DNA of 35,968 nucleotides from Perkinsus chesapeaki ATCC PRA-425 (Eukaryota; Protista; Perkinsozoa): NCBI GenBank assembly GCA_013115145.1, contig JAAPAO010000363.1, positions 1 to 35,968 of the forward strand, read 5' to 3'. Shown piece by piece: positions 32,722 to 35,968 of this stretch (position 1 is its first letter; each line of letters starts with the position of its first letter). The notes under the pieces were generated by a model. It saw only the letters and a program-made list of their open reading frames with translations, ran no database searches and was not told where the DNA came from. The position numbers and the translations under genes were made by a program.

Positions 32722-33447
32722 TCACGGAGGGGATATACTAAATTTACGCTTAAAGATGTCAACCGTTACTTTTTTGTCAAAGAAGGGGCTGAACCACGCA
32801 TGCAGGCCGGCACCCGCGGTAAGTTGCCAAGTGTAGAGTGAATGGTCTTTGGTGTTAAAAGTAAGATCCAATATGAGCCCAAGACCCTTGCTTTTATCGT
32901 CGCCCGTAGTCTTCTGGAAAGACGCGTCAAGCCCGAAGTCATTATTCTGCCCGACGTGCGCCTTGACAACCTTGTCAGCATTGAGATTGAAAGATTTACC
33001 GAATGCACCGGCTTTAGCAGCCGCTTTCAATTGAACCGCAGCATTCCAGTTGCCTGTCGCCTCATCGAACTCGCCGCGGCCGTCGCCAACTGTCTCAAAG
33101 CAGAGCTGGACGGTGCCATACAATACTACAAAGTTCTTGTCAACGACATTAGCACAGCCACCAGCAGTGATAGATAAACCGGTAGGTCGCGATCCACCAA
33201 GTGTCACCTCGATGTTAAAGTGGGTGGACTTGGTAGTTTGCTTCTCATCGAACAGATAGATCGCCATCTGAAATTTTTGTTCAGACGTGGTACCAACGGC
33301 GCAGAAACGCTCAGAACTTGGTTTCATAGCGCCTGTGCACCCAGCAGGGTAAGCGAACGGTGTAGATTCATCTAGACGTCTGAGAGATAGTGGTCCACCG
33401 AGGGCTATTCCATAGCCGGAAGATACAAGGATAATAAAAAGATTCAT
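32722..33447 (-). CDS. Family B copy 3: most diverged paralogue, with LRRLDE
   Basis: The ORF is 32722..33495 and the aligned start is the ATG at 33447 (MNLFIILVSS). The same four Cys and motif order are retained. Confidence 0.88.
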   Translation of the reverse strand: MNLFIILVSSGYGIALGGPLSLRRLDESTPFAYPAGCTGAMKPSSERFCAVGTTSEQKFQMAIYLFDEKQTTKSTHFNIEVTLGGSRPTGLSITAGGCANVVDKNFVVLYGTVQLCFETVGDGRGEFDEATGNWNAAVQLKAAAKAGAFGKSFNLNADKVVKAHVGQNNDFGLDASFQKTTGDDKSKGLGLILDLTFNTKDHSLYTWQLTAGAGLHAWFSPFFDKKVTVDIFKRKFSISPP

Positions 33448-34675
33448 TAAAACAAGAAAGCTGACATCAAACGTATAATAGTTGACAAGTGACATCGAGT
33501 GCGAGCGTGCTCGGCGAAGAATTACATCGCGGGTAAGCCCTCAGTTTTCGTATATTACAGGGAATGAGCATCTCTCCACTGCGCATGCGTGCATTTGGTG
33601 ACCCTTCCGCGTGAGGAAGTCTAGCTATGAGGTTCAATGGGTACTGGTTTCTTTTCACTACGACCTCTTCTGAACTAGACTAAAATATCCAGACGAGTAT
33701 CACTCAGTGAAAAGTGGGGGTTTATCCGATAAGATTTACTTGCACTTCATCCTTCTCGTGGACTCTCGTTAAGCGTTTGAAGTATAGACTAAGCACTGTT
33801 TGGGCGAGCGAACTCATTGAGTCACTTGTCTCTGTGACAAGTTGGATGTCCCGCTGGAACCAGCTTTGAATCTTGTTGAGAGAGGCAAGACAGCGAGGTT
33901 GCGTACCGAAGCGGGTGCACTGCATTCTACGCTCTGTGATGATCATCCTTTACCGGGAAAATCAAATGTGCTTTCATCTAATTCACTACACTGGGGTTTT
34001 TGTTCATGCGTGCAGATCTACCGTGCATTTTCATTTCCGAGGACAAGGTTCGTGCAGTAGTTGACATGTCTTCCTCGCTCGCCCGTTGGTGTCCACATCG
34101 CGCTCGCTTGTATGCAACCGTTTGGCTCTTAAATTACCAGCCTCTCGATTAACTACAAGTTTGCTGCGTGTTCAACCACTCCTCAGCGATGGCCTATCTC
34201 GCCTAGCTGCTGAGTCCACTTGTTCGGGGGTTCTAGCGAACAAGACATGAGAAGTTCTCTGGGCAGGGAGCAGAGCTTCAGATTGAACTCTTTCCTCGAC
34301 AGGGTCGAGTCGACTCCGCGATTTTTTCGCGAATCACTAATGGTCATCACTAGCGAATCACTAATGCATCGGTCCAGCAGCCAATTGGATTTGGCGGGCA
34401 AGTTTGTGCAAGACCTTTCACAAGTTCTCATTTACCACTTTGTTTTCTTGTGGACTCTCCCACCCCCACGAGGAGGGGATAAGCACAGAGTTTCTGTACT
34501 CGGTCTGGGCCAGAGAATGTTTGGCACCCAGTCAAGAGTAATTAAATTCCCGAAATTCGCAGTGTGAGACTGTTCTAGACAATCTGAACCAGAGTGCAAT
34601 CTAGGCTTGACAAAGGGAGCAAAACTCAACACCGGCTGTCTCACTAATAACCACACAGGTTCCTATGCTTTCACT

Positions 34676-35968
34676 TCATGCCTTCTTGTTATCTTTGAGA
34701 AACATCAATTTCATATCGGCAGCTTGCTCTCTAGCTTCATCGTGGCTCAACCGTACAACGCGCGACGCAGGCATGTCAATATAACACATCGGACATCCAA
34801 CATGATCTCCTTCCCCACGGGCCTGAGAGGAAAGCTCCCCGACTGAGTGCGGACAACTGGCTTACCATCAACTTTTCCAGGATAGAATACCTCGACGAAA
34901 GGCCGCAATTTTCACACGGCGCAGCCCAATCAGCGATGAGTAGATGTAGCCCGGTACCCGTGCAATACGGTATAATATTCTGGCACTTCCCACAGGTTAA
35001 GGAGGAGTCTGGCAGCGGTGAAGTGCAGTATGGGCACGGGGACAGCGGTTCTTGGGTTTGCGGCTGGTCAGCCTTCGGGGGTTTTCGCACGACAACCTCT
35101 ATCTTCTTTCTCAATTGCTCTGGTATCTGCAGAGGAGTTTATGGCCTGGGAGGTAGTGCCTTGTTTTCATCGATTCCAAGTCAATTTGGCCAATCGGTGA
35201 TGTTTTACTCAAATACGTTTTTTGGTCACCTCGCGGAGGCCGCATGCCTCTAACCGATCCTTGCTCACGGTTCATCAAGAAGTTTGTAATCTCGACGCTC
35301 GAGTTTTACCTGGTTTCTCCTCTCTGCATCTTTCACCAGTTCACATGCGTACGCGTGCGCATCCTTTGTCATACCACTCTTCATGCACTCGATAACAGCA
35401 GAGGCCAATGTTTGAGCGGCATGCGCCCGGAATAGCTCGAAGACATTATCTGTACAATATATGCAGCTTGTTCGGAGAAATAGCCTACTTTGGCAGATTC
35501 GCTTCAAGAGCAATGCCGCGTTAACGTGTTCCTCCATCCTGGCCAGTGGCTTAACAAGTATGTAGCTCTGCAGTAGCATAAGACGCTCCCATAGGTCTCG
35601 TGGTACTTGCAGTTTCAATCTCACCAGATCCTGAAGTCGATGCTTTCTCCAGCGCTTTTAAGCGTCTTAGATGCTTTACCTTGTACGTTCTTAAAAGAAG
35701 CGAGTGTGCACCCTTGTACCGGCCACGCTCTTGTTCCTGTTTAGCTATCAGTATGGCAATTCTAGCAGACTCTGCATGGTTGCCGAGAACTTGATGAAGT
35801 TTATATATGTATTGCGCCTGAGTCAAGGTTTTAATCGAAAAGGAAGGCGACAACAAGTTCTTTGCGGCCAAATTTCTGCGTTACAGTCACCTTGCTACTG
35901 ATGTCGTGTGCCCACTAGGCATGACGAGCTATGATGATAAGTTATGTAGGTTTCAGTATATCTGCCTT
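34676..35968 (-). CDS. WDR19: WD repeat protein 19 / IFT144 (intraflagellar transport A), 3' exons only; gene continues beyond the window
   Basis: AQYIYKLHQVLG..ARIAILIAKQEQERGRYKGAH / ERLMLLQSYILVKPL..AALLLKRIC / AQTLASAVIECMKSG..A...AC.L / IPEQLRKKIEVVVRKP..PCPYC..LP...LTCGKCQNIIPYCTGTGLH..W..C..C / CPMC..KKA*. This matches the WDR19 C-terminal TPR-like and Zn-ribbon region. Confidence 0.92.

Larger units (their letters stand above)
25050..33720. repeat. Three-unit tandem array of family B with homologous flanks (~25050-27300, ~28990-31220, ~32175-33720) separated by unrelated spacers
   Basis: Shared non-coding blocks include GCAACTCGTGTT (all three units), ATTTTACACATAGATTGTAAGATATCTTCTCTAGCAAATGACATGGG (copies 1 and 3) and CTCTCTGCCCGTCCTCCCAA (copies 1 and 2). 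Confidence 0.9.

Noticed and set aside
33720-34670. Short ORFs on both strands between family B copy 3 and WDR19, including a duplicated GCGAATCACTAATG
   Set aside because: No coherent gene model or domain was found. The 14-bp duplication is an ordinary local slippage.

Overview
This is intron-containing eukaryotic DNA, not prokaryotic. The organism is most likely an alveolate of the Perkinsus type. That call is inferred from the ~45-50 nt GT-AG introns, intronless tandem families of secreted proteins, prodomain-less subtilisin and ciliary IFT gene, and the species cannot be fixed from sequence alone. The ORF track misses most real genes because they are spliced. From left to right the window holds: (i) three tandem intronless genes for a Cys-rich GPI-anchored protein (family A); (ii) a decayed non-LTR retrotransposon; (iii) four spliced minus-strand housekeeping genes (TRAPPC6/Trs33, an EF-hand protein, a CHCHD2/10-like protein and a non-canonical mitochondrial carrier); (iv) a divergent strand-switch region holding a tRNA-Ala-derived Pol III element and a decayed Penelope-like element whose linker has amplified into a 24-bp x ~12 array; (v) a plus-strand SLC25A42-like carrier and an intronless subtilisin; (vi) a convergent strand-switch region with hairpins and motif arrays; (vii) three intronless secreted-protein genes (family B), all with LRRLD just after the signal peptide; (viii) a chimeric family-B/WDR19 scar joined by templated insertions; and (ix) the 3' end of WDR19/IFT144. 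The best candidates for new biology are the TEXEL/PEXEL-like RRL motif in family B and the possible enzymatic (ADP-ribosyltransferase-like) head of family A. Both are hypotheses that need structure or homology searches I could not run. Exon boundaries were read by eye and are approximate.
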